Below, piece after piece: positions 39,083-52,534 of a stretch of DNA of 64,000 nucleotides. Made by a program: the position numbers and the translations under genes. Numbering within the stretch: position 1 is the first letter of the stretch; every line of letters starts with the position of its first letter. Source of the DNA: Felis catus (Eukaryota); assembly GCF_018350175.1 (NCBI RefSeq), contig NC_058382.1, positions 59,894,001 to 59,958,000 of the forward strand. Reading direction: 5' to 3'. Below the pieces are notes generated by a model, which ran no database searches, had not been told where the DNA came from, and was given only the letters and a program-made list of their open reading frames with translations.

Positions 39083-39965
39083 TGTCCCGATTCCCAGAAG
39101 GAATCTGTGGCTATGTGACCTTGTCTGGGGGCAAAGCGGACTTCGCAGGTGGGGCTAAGTAGGAGTCTTGAAGGGAGAGACCATCCTGGGCTATCAAGCT
39201 GGGCTCAGTGTCATCACGGGATCCTTACAACAGGGGGCGGGAGTCAGAGTCAGAGGGAGCTGGGAAGGCCCCCTGCTGCTGGCTCTGGACATGGAGGGAG
39301 GGCCACAGCCAAGGATGCGGGTGGAGATGGCAGAAACAAATGGTAAGGAAAATACAGAACAAGCAGGTGGGTGCACAGTTGCAATGTATTAGAAACATAT
39401 TAGAAATAAGAACCAACAGGGTGTGCGAGGGTCCTGGGGCCACCATTACAAATGGCCACAAAGTAGGGGTTTGAAACACAGAACTGTCTCACAGTTCTGG
39501 AAGCCGAAAGTCCAAAATCCAGGGGTTTCTGGGGCTGGGCTCCCTCTGAAGGCTCTAGGGAGGACCCTTTCTCAAGCTTGTGGTGGCCAGAGATCCCTGC
39601 TGTTCCTTGGCCTGTGGCGGCTTCCTGCCAGGCTCCACTGGTCTTCAAAGGGGCCTCCCTGCATCTTCAAAGTCACCAGTGGTTGGGGGTAGGGCCACCT
39701 TTATCCAGTGTGAAGCAGTGAGTTGAAAAGCATCCCCTAAAAAGAGTCCTCACCCCTGCGCCCTGTGAACGCGACCTTATTTGGAAATAGGTCTTTGCAG
39801 ATGTGATTAGATTACAGAATCCACGGCCGAGCCTCCTTGAAAGAGATAGGAGAGTGAGATTTGGGGCATGGGGACACAGGTCATGTGAGAATAGAGGCAG
39901 AGACTGGAGGGCTGTGACCACGAGCCCAGGGATTCCTGGAGCCGCCAGGACCTAGAAGAAGCAAG
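39083..39965. mobile_element. Three MaLR MLT1 LTR pieces (+39083-39320, -39420-39690, +39715-39965)
   Basis: ATGTGACCTT...GACTTCGCAG; CTCACAGTTCTGGAAGCC (reverse); GACCTTATTTGGAAATAGGTCTTTGCAGATGTGATTAG. Confidence 0.75.
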
Positions 39966-39984
39966 ACGTGGGTGAAGAAGTTCC

Positions 39985-40600
39985 TGTGCCAACTGGTGTT
40001 TGGTCAAACATTATTCTGAGTGTTTCTGGGAAGACCGTTTTGGACAAGATTAACGTTTAAATCGATAGAGTAAAGCACTTGGTTTTCAGGGCGCCTGGGT
40101 GGCTCAGTCGGTTGAGCGTCCAACTTCGGCTCAGGTCATGATCTCACGGTCTGTGGTTTCAAGCCCCGCGTCAGGCTCTGTGCTGACAGCTCAGAGCCTG
40201 GAGCCTGCTTTGGATTCTGGGTCTCCCTCTCTCTCTGCCCCTCCCCTGCTCATGCTCTGCCTCTCTCTCTCTCTCTCTGTCCAAAATAAATAAATATTAA
40301 AAGAAAAAATTAAAAAAAAAAAAGCACTTGCTTTTCTGTAAGGAGGGCGGGCCTCATCCAATCAGTTGAAGGCCTGAAGGGAACAGAAGGTTGGCCCTCC
40401 TCGGAGTAAGAGAGGTTTCTTCCTGCTTGATGGCCTTTGAACTGAAACTGACACCTGGGTTGTTCCCGGGTCCCCAGCTGTCAGCCCCCCTGCGGCTCTT
40501 GGCACCTGCCAGCCTCCACAACAACATGAGCTCCTTCTCTAAGGCCGATCTCTTCCCGCATCCGCACACAACCTCTGGCTGCCATGTCTCCAGAGGAGCC
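39985..40600 (+). mobile_element. MLT2 (ERVL) LTR interrupted by a + strand Can-SINE (40088-40320)
   Basis: TTTGGTCAAACATTATTCTG and GGGCCTCATCCAATCAGTTGAAGGCCTGAA; SINE TSD AAAGCACTTG(G/C)TTTTC. Confidence 0.8.
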
Positions 40601-40674
40601 TGAAGGATCAGGCTCAGGGTCAGAAGGATCCTGCCCACACCGTGCCCAGCCTCTGGTGCCTCATTTCTGTTGCT

Positions 40675-40891
40675 TTATTTTATTTTTTTTAATTTTTTTT
40701 AACATTTATTCATTTTTGAGAGAGAGAGACAGAGCACAAGCCGGGGAGGGGCAGAGAGGGAGGGAGACCCAGAATCCGAAGCAGGCTCCAGGCTCCGAGC
40801 TGTCAGCACAGAGCCCGATGCCGGGCTCGAACCCACAAACTTCGGTGAGCCGAAGTCGGACGCTCGACCGACTGAGCCACGCAGGTGCCCC
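40675..40891 (-). mobile_element. Can-SINE
   Basis: Reverse-complement SINE with T-rich tail. Confidence 0.9.
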
Positions 40892-42339
40892 ATCATTCCT
40901 GTTGCTTTAGACCCAGGTTGGTGGGAACATGTAACAACCCCAGGGTGCTCCCAAAACAAGGAACCAAACTTGAAAGGGAGGCCACACCCAGCTCCCTAGT
41001 GACGTCTTATCTAGAACCTCGCTCTTCCTTCGAAACGCAGCCTTGCACACGTGCACCGGTGACCCTCAGAGGGAGGAGGCTCACCCCGTAGCCCGTGTCC
41101 CGCAGAAGGCCGGCTGCTTGGGCTCACCCCTCCCCGGCTGCAGGGGAGAGGCCGGACGGCTGCACCTCACTGTCAGCTTCAGGTTTCTCTACTGTTTGCC
41201 ACACTAACCGCCTCAAGTTGCTTCCCGCCCAACAGGAGGGAAGGCTCGCGGGCCTCTTTGCCTTTCAAATGAGAGCTTTGAGAAGGGACCTGTCACAGGC
41301 CCGCTCCCCACCTGGGCAGATCCCGAGGCCAGGGCCTTGCGACAGGAAAACGGGGCAGCCTGCCCTGGCTGCCTGCCCCGGGTCGGGTCGGCCTGGCCTA
41401 GAAATGAGCAGGAAGCAGGGAGACGTCCGGAGGTTTCCCCAGGTGTGACCCGGGAGGTCACAGCTTAGCGACTGTCAGGGTGTGTGTGCATCTTCCGCTC
41501 CCGGGTCTGCGTGGCCCCCTGGGAAAGTCCCCAGTTGCGTCAGTGGATGAGGAGGCGGGGCCCCCACACCCCGACACCCCCGGTGGCCTGGGGTCCCCTC
41601 CAGGACACCCAAACGTCTAAGAGGACGGAAGTCTACATTCTCGTGGCTGTCTCCTCTCAGTCTGAGAACATTCCAGCAAACAGCACAGCTGCCTGTTTGG
41701 GGTCGTGGGCAGCAACACGTCGACAGGAGGGGGACCTTCCCGGTGATGGAGGCCCATCCCCTGGACCTGGGGGCCCCACGTCCCTACCGCGGGCAGTGTT
41801 GATCCTCTGCTCTGCACGGCACCGGCCGCTGTCACACGCTGACCTCCGCGGCGCCCCGAGGCTCCAGCCTCCTCTGCCGCAGAACCTCGTCTCTGCCTCG
41901 CACACGGGAGGCGGCTCGCGGCCATGCCCTTGACACGTGGGAAGGCGGGAGGTTCAGTCCACCCCGGCCGACCACACAGGCGTGGGGAGCCCAGCTTCCC
42001 CAGAGGGAGGACAGACGCTTCATTCTCCACGGGGTTCCCACCACAGACCGCCAGGCCCCGCACAGGATGACGCACTCCGGGTGTGATCCTGTGGTCGGCC
42101 CACAAACACTCTTCTGCCCGGCAAGGCCGGGGGCTCTCGGAAAGCAGGGCTGGGGTTTATCCATCGCGGGGTCCCTCCAGCTCCGAGTGCTGGGTCCTGC
42201 CACCTGGTCATGTGGTGCAGCGCGGGGTCCACAAGGGACCCACAAAGCCTTCCTCGGTCCTCGCAGCAGGGGGTAGGGTCTGCGACCCCAACACGGTGCC
42301 GGCTCTGGCCGGCGGCTTCCACTTCCCGTCTCTCGGAAG

Positions 42340-42685
42340 GGTTGTCCTTGGAGCCCAGAATCCCCACGTAACCAGTCCCACCACGGCGAGACCGGCGGGC
42401 TGCGGGGTTCCTCGCGCCAGTCCCGTGGGCAAGCTGCGTGGAGAGAGATGCCTGAGCAGCCCTCACGGTTCCAGCCATCCTGCGCAGGGGGCAGACGTGC
42501 AGACCGAGAGGCAGTGCGAGGACCCTAGACCCAGGCGTCCTCTGATCGCAGCTGTGTGTGAGACCCCAAGCAAGGACCATCCAGTCAAGCCCAAGTGCCC
42601 AGAGCCAGGAGCCATCATAATGAATTGTCTTAAGCCATGAACTTTGGGGCTGATTTGTTACATGGCGATTGCTAGAGCAGGTGGC
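42340..42685 (+). mobile_element. MaLR LTR (MLT1H-like) 3' part
   Basis: TTCCAGCCATCC...TTGTCTTAAGCCATGAACTTTGGGGCTGATTTGTTACATGGC. Confidence 0.6.
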
Positions 42686-44989
42686 TTGGTGGGAACGAAA
42701 AACTCTTCCCCTTTCGGGGGATACGCTGTTCAGCAGCACTTCCTCTGGGTGGGCACTGTGGACGGCGTTCTGTGCAAAGAAGCAGATGCCCCGTCTCCCA
42801 GCTGGAGGATGCCCGGATGAGGGTACACAGGAGGCACACAGAGCATGGGCCAGCGCCGTGTGCCTTTGTGCAGTGTACAAACTGTGCAAGTGTATATGAC
42901 AGCCCCGCATGGAGGCCTTACTACCAACAGAAGGAGGTAGAAAGCGTCCATTTCGGACGGGTGCTCCATCGTTGTTCCTCACCACGTCTATATATGGCTG
43001 TCCATCGCTCAGTCAGTCACACTGGGGCCCCTTCCTTGTGCCAGCCTACTTGGGGGCTGGGGAGCTCAGCCAAGTAGGGATTTGGACAGAAGCAGCTCCA
43101 GGTGCCGGGAGAGCACAGAGCAGGGTGCCCGCGGAGGTGCCAGCACGGCTCTGCAGCTCTCTGATCGGGACTTGACCCCACCTCCTGGGCTTGTCCAGCC
43201 CTGTGCGGCCCGACAAGAGCTCTTTTGAAGTCTGCTGCTGGGGATGATCACAGGGGCCCCGATCCGGAACCAAGCACCCACACCCGCCCCTCTAATCCTT
43301 GGCCGCCTCTGCTCCAAGCGGATGTGCGTCTCCCGCCTCTTCCCCGGTGACCCCGGCCCGCCTGGAGCCACCTGACACTGGAATCCAGCCTGCTCTGCCC
43401 AGGCCTGAGAGGATCTGTGCGGCCGCCGCCCGTGGCCCCTCCAGGATCCCCTCTGCAGCTGCCCGCCCCGTTGCCCCCTGGCCGCTGCTCGGATTTGGCC
43501 ATTGGGAGTACTACTGTGGGAGCCTGGAGGCCTGTGCTGGAAGGACAGTGAGGCCAGGGAGGGACGTGCCCCCGTCCCCTTCCCGCGGGCCGAGGGGCAC
43601 TCGGCAGGCGGCCCCGCCCACGGCCACGGGAATCTCCGGGGCCCCTGACGTGGGCGTCCCCGCTCCTACTCCTGCGGCCCCAGGGCCCCTCGTCTGGGTG
43701 CCCAGTTCCTCGGCTCCACGGGGGCCGCCGGTCCCACTGGGACCCCGCTGGTGTGGAATTAGAGGGGAAACAAACTGGCTTCCACAACCGGTGAGGGCTC
43801 GGTCCCCCCTCGGCCTCAGAAAAACCCCGACAGAAGGAACCTCAGGACACCCCCCCCCCCCCGCCAAAGACAGTTGTCCACTGTATCCCATGCTTTGGGG
43901 TCCGACGGGGGCAGGGGCCATCTGTGCGGCAGGAAGGAGAAGTTCGCCTCTTCGCCCCCCTCACCAGACTCCAGCCCGGGGTAACCCGGGGGGTCTGGCG
44001 TGGCTGTGCTGGCCTCCAGTGTCCGCCGGGCCACGCGCTGGGGGCCCTGGGCCAGTGACGGGGCTTTCTGCGTCCCCGCTTCCTCCTGTGTAACAAGGGC
44101 AAGAGACGACCACATGGTGCCCGCGTGCTGTGACAAAGATTCCTTGACCACGGCCCAGCGGGGCTCCTCCGAGCACCTTTTCGAGGAGGCCTCAGCCTGG
44201 GGCACATCCTCAACAGCCAGTTTCAGCAGGAACCCGGCTGAGTCAGTTAGGCCAGAAGCCCCAGTTGGATATCCGGTCACCTCACCTCGGTGCCAATCGG
44301 GTTCCCCCACCCCCAGTTCCCCCAGGGCACGAGGCCGCCTTCAGCAAGAGTCTGGTTGGGCCTGTTTAGCGGGAACGGGAACGTCCCTCACCCCAAGTTC
44401 CTCTTGGAGATTTGCATCTACTGACCCAGAAGACCCCTGGGCTCTACATCCCCACACCGTCCTCAGGGCAGGCGAAGTCTCCCCCCTGCCGCAGAACCCC
44501 TGCTCCGGTCCCTAGGCACCCCCACCAACATGTCTGCCTCTCCACTTTTGTCTCCACCGACTGTGGCTCCCTCGGCACAAACAACGCAGCCACTCGCGGA
44601 ACCCCGCACGGTGGATGAATGAATCTCCTGAGTTTCGGGAGGGAGACCCCTGTTCTGGATGCCCGAGCAGGGGCCTCTCTCCCACCCTGGGGGTCTCCCA
44701 GCAGACCTCTGAGGGGACCCAGATGAACCTCTGGTTTTGAGATTCTGTGTTCACCCTGGACAGTGGGCGGGGGGTGGGGGGGTTCCCGGTTCCTGTGGAC
44801 CTGGAGGTGAGAGGCCTTCCCTGGAGCCCAGCCCGGCAGAGGTGGGACAGAAGTGGAGGCAGGGAGGCCTGCAAGGAGGCCGAGGGACAGGGAGGCGTGG
44901 GCGTGGTGGGCCTAAGGCGGAGCTGGCGGCTGGAGGGACAGGAGGAGGGGAGGACAATCTGGGGATTCGCTCAGCATGGGGGCCCTGGG

Positions 44990-45198
44990 GCTGGCACTCA
45001 ACTGGGGTCAACTGTGCCTCCCAGGGGACACTTGGTGACATTCGATGATATTTTTGGTTGTCAGTATGGGGAGGGGGTACCAGGGCACCTGGCAGGCGGA
45101 TCTGCTCAACATCGTGCATCAGTGATGCAAAGGCCCTGCGCCCCACCCCCGAGAATTACCAGCCCTGAATGTCGTCTGTGTGGTGACGTGAAACCCTG
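44990..45198 (+). mobile_element. MER20 (hAT-Charlie MITE)
   Basis: CTCAACTGGGG...CCCAGGGGACACTTGG...ATTTTTGGTTGTCA...GAAACCCTG. Confidence 0.75.
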
Positions 45199-46215
45199 CG
45201 AGAAAGGGCGCAGCTTCCTGACCGCTGTCACCGTCTCCTCCTCCTGGGGGTGGCGAGCCCCTACTCAACGTGAAGCTGAGCACAGAGAGGAGGGTGCTGG
45301 GCAAACACAGTGTCAAGGCCGCCGGGCCCCCTGGTCGGCAGCCGCCATGCGCCCACACCTCCCCCAACTGCCTTCCAGGCCTCAGAGCCTCCCCGCAGCC
45401 CTGGCCAGAAAACTCCCATTGCTCAGGGCTGTGAAGACTGGGGATGCGTTCCCGTCCCTCTAGGGGCCATTGTCCCTCCTCGCGGGCCCCACCCCCACCC
45501 CCCACGGGCTCTCGCCGTGGGTGTGGGGAGACACGGGCACTCACTTTCCTTTCTGCCTTCTGTGCCCGCAGCGTTTGTCCCGTTTTTGTGGGTCCCTCTC
45601 GAGTCCCCCCTCCGCAGAGCCCCACTAGGTCCCTTCTGCCACAAGCTGGCGGTGGTTTTTTTTTTTTTTTTTTAACAAGTCACCTGCGGTTTGCAGGCCT
45701 GCTTCCCCCTCAAGTGGCATTTCCCAGTTGCGGGGAGCAGAGAATCCTGGAACCTCTTGCATCAGCCGTTTTGCATGAGGGGTGGAGTGAGGACGGCCGG
45801 AGCCGCTGTCGGTGCGTCCACCTGGCTCCCGGGTTCACTGAGGCGAGGAAACGAACAAACGTGCCCCAGGGGTTTCTTTCCCAACAGAAGGCGCTCCGCC
45901 TTCTCCGCGCAGGCTGGCACTTGCGTAAGTGGAGGTGGCGGTTGGGTCGCGGTTGGCCAGATGCTCCCAGCAGTTGCTCTGACACTGCCCCGCCCTCACC
46001 TGGGCCTGTGAGTCACCGATGGGGGGGCGGGGAGGGCAGGGGATCTGGGAGTGAGGTGCCGCCACCTGCCTGCTGATGGGACGCAGCCTTGGGGTCACTG
46101 TGTCAGAGCGGGAATGTGCAAACGGGGACACTCTGCCCCCGGCCGGGACGGCAAAGAGGCCACCCCGCCCCCCAGGCCAGCTCTGGTCAACGGCCGGGCC
46201 CCGAGTGGCCTCTGG

Positions 46216-46423
46216 GCTTGGTTCTCAAGCAGGGGGCCGCTTGGCGGTGTCTGGAGACATTCTGTTCATCAGTTTGCGGGGGGGGGGGGCGGCTACTGGC
46301 TTCTAGAGGGTCCAGGTCAGCGGTGCTGTCCAACATCCTTCAAAGCACAGGTCGGGCCCCCAGCACAGACATCCACGAAGAATGACCTGGCCCCAGATGT
46401 CCACAGCCCCCCGTGAGAAACCG
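46216..46423 (+). mobile_element. MER20
   Basis: TGGTTCTCAAG...TGTCTGGAGACATT...GCTACTGGC...AACATCCT...TGAGAAACC. Confidence 0.75.
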
Positions 46424-46723
46424 GCTTGGAGGCACAAGGAGCTGCCGTCCGTTCCTTCTGCTTCTCTGCCCTTGGCACCTGGGCTGTTCACTTGTGACCC
46501 CAGACCCACCGGGCAAACCGTCCGAAAGCAGCCGGTGCCTCCCCCTGCCCCCGCCCTTTCTCTCCGGACCTTTTACTCCCACAGTCTCTGTGCTGCTGGC
46601 TCCAGGAGGGCCCGGGGCCGCGGGGGATGCTTGGACCCGGGCCGCGTGTTACACAACCCAGGGTTTCATCAACCCGGTGGCCTTGTACGGATTGCTGTTT
46701 TCTTGGGGATGGTTTTTATATGG

Positions 46724-47058
46724 GCAGGAGTTGAAATCTCACATGCCTCCAGGGGCCCGACCAGAAGAGAAGGGACTTGAACGGGCAGGTGGAGGCAAAT
46801 GGTTCGGCGCCTGGGCGGCTTAGAGAGACGGGGCAGCTGCCGGGAGGCTCCAGCCTCTTCCGGCACCTACAGACTGATAGCCTCAAACTGCTACATTTTT
46901 GAATTTTTTTTTTTTAAAGAGAAGTCAGAAATTTGGTTTTTGTTTTTGCTTTTTTTTAAAGCTGCTATTTCCTCATTTTTAAATGTGGATGCAAATTGTT
47001 TGAAAATAAAGCATCAGTGGGTCCGGCCAGCCCCCAGCTGTCCCTTGTGCACCCTCTG
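46724..47058. mobile_element. hAT DNA transposon (MER102-like)
   Basis: CAGGAGTTGAAATCTCACATGCCTCCAGGGGCC start, AAGAGAAGTCAGAAATTTGG, and a GTGCACCCTCTG end. Confidence 0.45.
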
Positions 47059-47774
47059 TGGCGCCTCAGGCAGGGCCCAGCTCCCTAAGTCACGATGTGC
47101 ACCTGCTCAAGTGACATCACACTGCCCACCTGGCCAAGGATGCACCCTCGAGGGGGCTGGGGCAGAAGACAGCATGGCGGGCGAGGAGGGAGGTCCGGGA
47201 CCCAGGAACGAGTTCCAGGTTGGGCTTTCAGACCCTGACCCCAACCCGGCACCTCCCAGCTGGCTCCCCCATGACTCCTTCCAGGAGCCCCTTAAACTCC
47301 GGACCCCAGGATTCTGCCCAAGCCTTGCCGAACCGGAATCCCGCAGGTGTGACCAGGAATCTGTGCTCCAGAACACTTTCTAGTAACATTTTCTATCTTC
47401 TTGGGGTGTTGGTTTACCAAGTGTATGTGTTTGTCTGAACTCACCAAGTGCCTTGCTTCATTGTGTTTAATTTTATAGAAAGAAGGAAAGGAAGGAAGAC
47501 AGGGAAAGGAAGAGGGAGGCTGAGGCAGCACCCACGTCTCCGCAATTCAGCGTCATTTCACACAGGGTCTGTGATCCCGAGTCGCCTCTGGGGATCGCCT
47601 CTGAGGCACCGGTCTGTGCTTCAGCAAGGACGCCCTGCACCCCACTGACCGCGGGCCGCTAGCCTGGGAATGAGGCCCTCCTCAGCAAGTCAGGGGCTGG
47701 GGGAGCCTTGAGGAAGCAGCTCAGGTGAGCCGGCCCTGAGAAGGGGTTGAAACCTTCCGTCGGGTCAAAGGAAA

Positions 47775-48278
47775 GTCGGGTGACCCAGCGATTCCACTCC
47801 CCGGTGTGTACCCCAAAGAGGTGAACGTTGGTATTCAAACCAGCACTGTTCACAACGGCTAAGAGTGGAAACGACAATGTCCGTCCATGGACAAATGGAC
47901 CAAAAGACAGCAGACCCGCACCGTGGAACACTACGCAGCCATGAAGAGGAACAAAGTGCTGGCATTCGCAGGGATCCACCTTGAAAACATGGTCAGTGAC
48001 ACAAGCCAGTCACCGGAGGCCGCATACTATCGGATTCTATGACGTGTCGAGGACAGGCGGGTCCACTAGACAGGAACTAGACGGTGTTGCCCAGGTTGGG
48101 GTAGGGCACGGGCATGACTGCTGATGGCTACGGGGCATGTTTCTCAGAGAGGAGAATGTTCTGGAACCAGACAGAGGTGGTGGTTGTACACGACTGTGAA
48201 TTTACTAAATGCCACAGAATCGTACACTTTAAAGTGGTCGGACTTATGTTGTGCGAATTTTACCGCAACTAAAAAAAA
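47775..48278 (+). mobile_element. L1MB-like 3' end
   Basis: GACCCAGCGATTCCACTCC, AATGTCCGTCCATGGACAAATGGA and ACTAAATGCCAC...TACACTTTAAA. Confidence 0.85.
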
Positions 48279-48288
48279 TAATCCTTTA

Positions 48289-48454
48289 GGGGCGCCTGGG
48301 TGGCTCAGTCAGTTGAGCATCCGACTTCGGCTCGGGTCACGATCTCGCGTCTGTGGGTTCGAGCCCCGCGTCGGGCTCTGTGCTGACTGCTCAGAGCCTG
48401 GAGCCTGCTTTGGATTCTGTGTCTCCCTCTCTCTCTGCCCCTCCCCCAGTTGTG

Positions 48455-48498
<44 letters not shown>

Positions 48499-48526
48499 AA
48501 TAAATACACATTAATAATAATAATAA
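48289..48526 (+). mobile_element. Can-SINE inserted in the L1 tail
   Basis: TSD AATAATCCTTTA; (CT)n; (AAT)n tail. Confidence 0.93.
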
Positions 48527-49187
48527 TAATAATCCTTTAAAAAAAGACACCGGGGAAGAAGGGGCTGGGATGGCTTCGTGCTTGAGGCTGAGCCCAGACC
48601 CTGGAACATCAGGTGCCCGATCCCCTCCCAGACAGGAGTAGTCTACGCAAGGTGACAGGCGCCGGCTTCAGGGGGCACGGGCAGTGTGCACACGCAGGAC
48701 AGGGAGTCCCTGAGGCCCCGGCACCGAATTCCCCGAGGAAACCCTCCTGCCTCACCCTTGCGAAGCACCGGGGACTTGGGGGTGAGCCCTGGGGCCAGGC
48801 GGTCTTTGCCACTTCCCACCCCCATCCTCTGAGCAGCGGCTCGTGCTGAAGACACCGCGGGCAGGGGTCAGCACATCTCCAGCCGAGACAGACTCACGGA
48901 CGCCTACAAAAACCACTGTATCAACGAGTCGACCAGCCATCTGCTGTCTCCTGTGAATACAGGCACTCACTTAATCCTCCTGCCGGACAGATTATTATCC
49001 CCATTGGAAAAAGGCACCCACATGGAAATGAGAGGGCCAGGCCCCACAAGGTCAGGGGGCTGGTCCACACCCACGATGGGCTCCCGCAGGGTTGTGCAGG
49101 GCTCAAGAGGGACTTGGTGACCCCAGCGAACAGATACGCCAGGAGGAGCTGGTTACAAATGTCACCTGTAGCCCCCCCCCCCCCGTT

Positions 49188-49575
49188 GTGGGTGACACAG
49201 TGACTCCCTTCCCAAAATGTACCCTCCACCAGAAACTCAGATGCAACCTTATTTGGAAAGAGGGTCTTTGCGGGTGCGATTAGTTAAGCTTAGGTGAGGT
49301 TATTCTGGATCAGAGCAGCCCCAAATCCAGTGACTGGAGTTCATTATATTAGAGACAAAGACAGAGACTGGAGGCACTCGGTCATAGCCAAGGGCCTGGG
49401 GCCACCAAGAGCTGGGAGAGGCAGGAAGGACCTACCCCCCGGAGCCTTTGGAGGGAGCGCGGCCCTGAGACGCCTCCATTGTGGACTCTGGCCTCCAGAG
49501 CTGGCAGAGGACAGATTTCTGTTGTTATGACCCCGGCCTGTGGTCACTTTTGCCGTGGCCCCGGGACACAGATGC
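49188..49575 (+). mobile_element. MaLR LTR (MLT1B/C-like)
   Basis: ACCTTATTTGGAAAGAGGGTCTTTGC, AAATCCAGTGACTGG and GAGAGGCAGGAAGGA...TGGCCTCCAGA. Confidence 0.8.
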
Positions 49576-49989
49576 CCCGCACCCTCCAGCCTCATGAGAT
49601 GGTGGACTCGCCGTGGCGTCCTTCCTAGACCCGTTTGCTGAGGAGAGGCCGGCTCGGGGGGTGGGAACCCGCAGCTTCCTCCAGCCCACGCAGCAGCAGG
49701 TGCGGCCCCCTCCCGACAGCCGCCGCAGCCCCACATCCCACGGCGGCACCAGGCAGGGACTCGCGGAGCCCAGGGACCACGAGAAGCGTGGTCCTCATCC
49801 CTCATCACGGAAGCAGCTGGAGCTTGTCTGGCCCCAGGGCTGTGACGGGGACGCCGAGGGCAGGCTCGCTCTGAGCACAGCACCTCACAGGGCTGACGGA
49901 GCCCCAGAATGCGGGGAGGCCCCCTCCGATCGGCAGGGTTGCCGAAGCAAGGGGCAGCCAGCTTTCCAGAACTTAGTGAGCCGCGTTCC

Positions 49990-50382
49990 AGGAGTGTCCT
50001 GGGGCCACTGTGGCAAAGGGCCACAGGTAGGGCAGCTCAGAACAACAGAGATTACTTTCTCCCAGTCTGGAGGCCAGAGTCTGAGTGCAAGGTGTGGCAG
50101 GGCCACACTCCCTCCAAAGGCTCCGGGGGAGGGTCCTTCCTGCCCCTTCCAGCCCCTGGGGACCCCAGGTGACCCTCTTCTGTGGCCACATCCTCCACCT
50201 CTGCCCCTGACCTCGCAAGGCCCTCGGGGTCTGTGTCTCAGAGCCCCAACCCTACTCCAGCATGAGTTCATCGGAACTCGATGACACCTGCAAGGACCTT
50301 ATTTCCGAATAAGGCCCCATACACGGGTATCGGGGGTCAGGACGTGGCCGCCTTTCAGGGGGACACGGGTCAGCCCACAGCC
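49990..50382 (-). mobile_element. MaLR LTR (MLT1B/C-like)
   Basis: TCTGGAGGCCAGAGTC...CCTTCCTGCC...ACCTGCAAGGACCTTATTTCCGAATAAGG. Confidence 0.8.
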
Positions 50383-51561
50383 ACTGTAGAGGAGCCGAGC
50401 CACTCCAAGCCACGGACAGGGCAGTGGCGTGGGAACCGCACCCCTGACTCTTCTGGGGTGACAGGCGCCTGGGCCGGGACAAAGCAGGACAGAGTGCTGG
50501 GCGTGGCTGGACGGGCATCCCTAGGCCGAGGGCCCCACGGCGTGGCTTGGAATCATGGCGGAACGGTCGCTCGCTCGCACGTCTGGAAGAGTTAGGCCCA
50601 TCCGCACCCCTCGAGCCGGCTCCACGCTGGGCTCCCCCCTCCGACCCCTGCTCCCAGCGGTTTATTCTACAGACGGAACAGGGAAAGTACCTGGGCGAGA
50701 TCATTGCGCTCTGAAAACGGCGGTGAGGGTGACTCTGCGGGGTAAGAAGTCCGTTTAGGAAGAGGCCTCGCTGAGCACGTGTGGCCCACGCGGCGTGAAG
50801 AGGGGCGACAGGTGCGAGGAGGGGTGGGGCAGAGCAGCCCCAGCTGAGCCGGCTCTGCCCCACCTGCCGGAGCTCCCGCCTCCTGCCGGTGGCAGCCCCC
50901 CGCCCCCCGCCCCGGGGCCTTGCTTACCTGGGGGCTTATTTTAAGTGTGACATTGGGGCGGGGTGTGGGACCCGGCACCCCGTGACGGCGTGAGGTGGTC
51001 CAGCACACGAGCCCCCCTCAGAGGCAGCCTGGCCCACCGTTTCTGTGTGGGTCTGTGGCTCTGTAACCAAATCACCTGATCGATGTTGATCCAGAAATGG
51101 AAGCTGCTGGAATGTGACTTGGGGAGCAAGGTCAGCCCTGCAGGGAGCCTAGAGCTCCCACACTTGTCAGCCCACAGGAGGCCACCCTCATGTCTGGGGC
51201 ACAGGAGGCTCCCGCAGGGCCCCTCTTCAGCCTCCTCCTCCTCCTCGCTGGCCGGAACCGTGTGCTTTATCCACCACCTGTTGGCGGTTGTTTGCAGGGA
51301 GGGTCACCTGGCCCCAACGTTTAAAGATTCTGGTCTAGATGGGGTTTGTGGTCACGTTTCCTGACGTCCCAGCTTCACCCCCCGCCCCCCCCCACACGCA
51401 CGCCACATTGGGTTCCGGTTTCTGGGTGGGCCCTGTCTCCCATCGGCGGACATTTCACCAAATGCCACGGAATGTTCGTGGACAAGTTTGGAAGTGTTCA
51501 CTCTGGGGGAGAGGACAGGGTCGGTGTCGGCAAAGGGTCCCCTGGAGTCTGGGGGGAGGGG

Positions 51562-52015
51562 GCGGGGGTTTGACCGGTGCCCTCCCGAGAAGAAGTTCAC
51601 ATCTACTCGGGACGTCAGAATGCGACCCTTATCTGAAAATGGGGACATTGCCCGTGTAATCAGGTAAGAATCTCAAGAAGAGATCATCCTGGATTCAGAT
51701 GGGCCCTAAATCCAAGGAGACGTCCTGATCAGAGAGACAGGAAACACACACAGAGACACAGAAACACGGGAGGAGCCACGGGAGGACCGCGGCCACGGGT
51801 GGAGGGACGTGGCCGGGAGCCAAGGGTCGTGGAGCCACCACAGCCGACGGTGGCTGGAAGGCTCGCCCCGGAGCCTCCCGAGGGAGCGCGGTGGTGGCCC
51901 TGTGGACGCCTTCATCTCAGACTTCTGCCTCCAGAGCAGGAGCCAACACGCTCTGTCTGGGGTTAAGCCTTCTGTTTGCGGTCCTTTGTTACCGCGGCCC
52001 CAGGGCGCGAATACA
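51562..52015 (+). mobile_element. MaLR LTR (MLT1B/C-like)
   Basis: CAGAATGCGACCTTAT...GAGATCATCCTGGATT...GGGCCCTAAATCCAA; ends AATACA. Confidence 0.8.
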
Positions 52016-52534
52016 GAGACCTTTGGGCCATGCCCTTTCTCCACAGAGGGCACAGAAGCACCTTGCTCGGTCTCACTGATGCACCTGACCACACGTGCGG
52101 AACGCAGCTCCTGACGGGGACAGTCTCTGTGGTGGGCGGGGGTTGGCCTGCCCGGAGCCCCTTCCCGGAGGGTCCATTGCACACGAGGAAAAATGCCACC
52201 CCTCCTCAGGCTCCCTTTTCAAGCAAAGGTCTGTTTATAGCGGATTCATTTCCCGGCATTTTCCACCAGGCCAACTTCACCCATAGCCGTGCCGAGGGGG
52301 AGGGAGCACATCCTGGGTCAAGACGAGTCCGAGGCCCGGTTCCAATAAAGAGAGTTATTTATAAGCAGGAGACCCTGGATGTTCTCGACATCACAACATC
52401 ACATATCTTCACGTCTTCTCGTAGGGACCATTTAAATGCTTTGTAATGGCTTCACTCCAATCCTCCACGGCCTCGTCCAGCGTTTGAATCTGTTCTGGAA
52501 CAGTCCCACCAAGCACCATGCTGCATCCTGGCTT

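Noticed and set aside
42020..44093. 321-aa and 264-aa ORFs
   Set aside because: Non-ATG starts, partial overlap with an MLT1 LTR, and no recognisable homology or exon structure.
50920..50935. Strong minus-strand donor CAG|GTAAGC
   Set aside because: No supportable partner acceptor, exon or ORF; isolated consensus matches are common.
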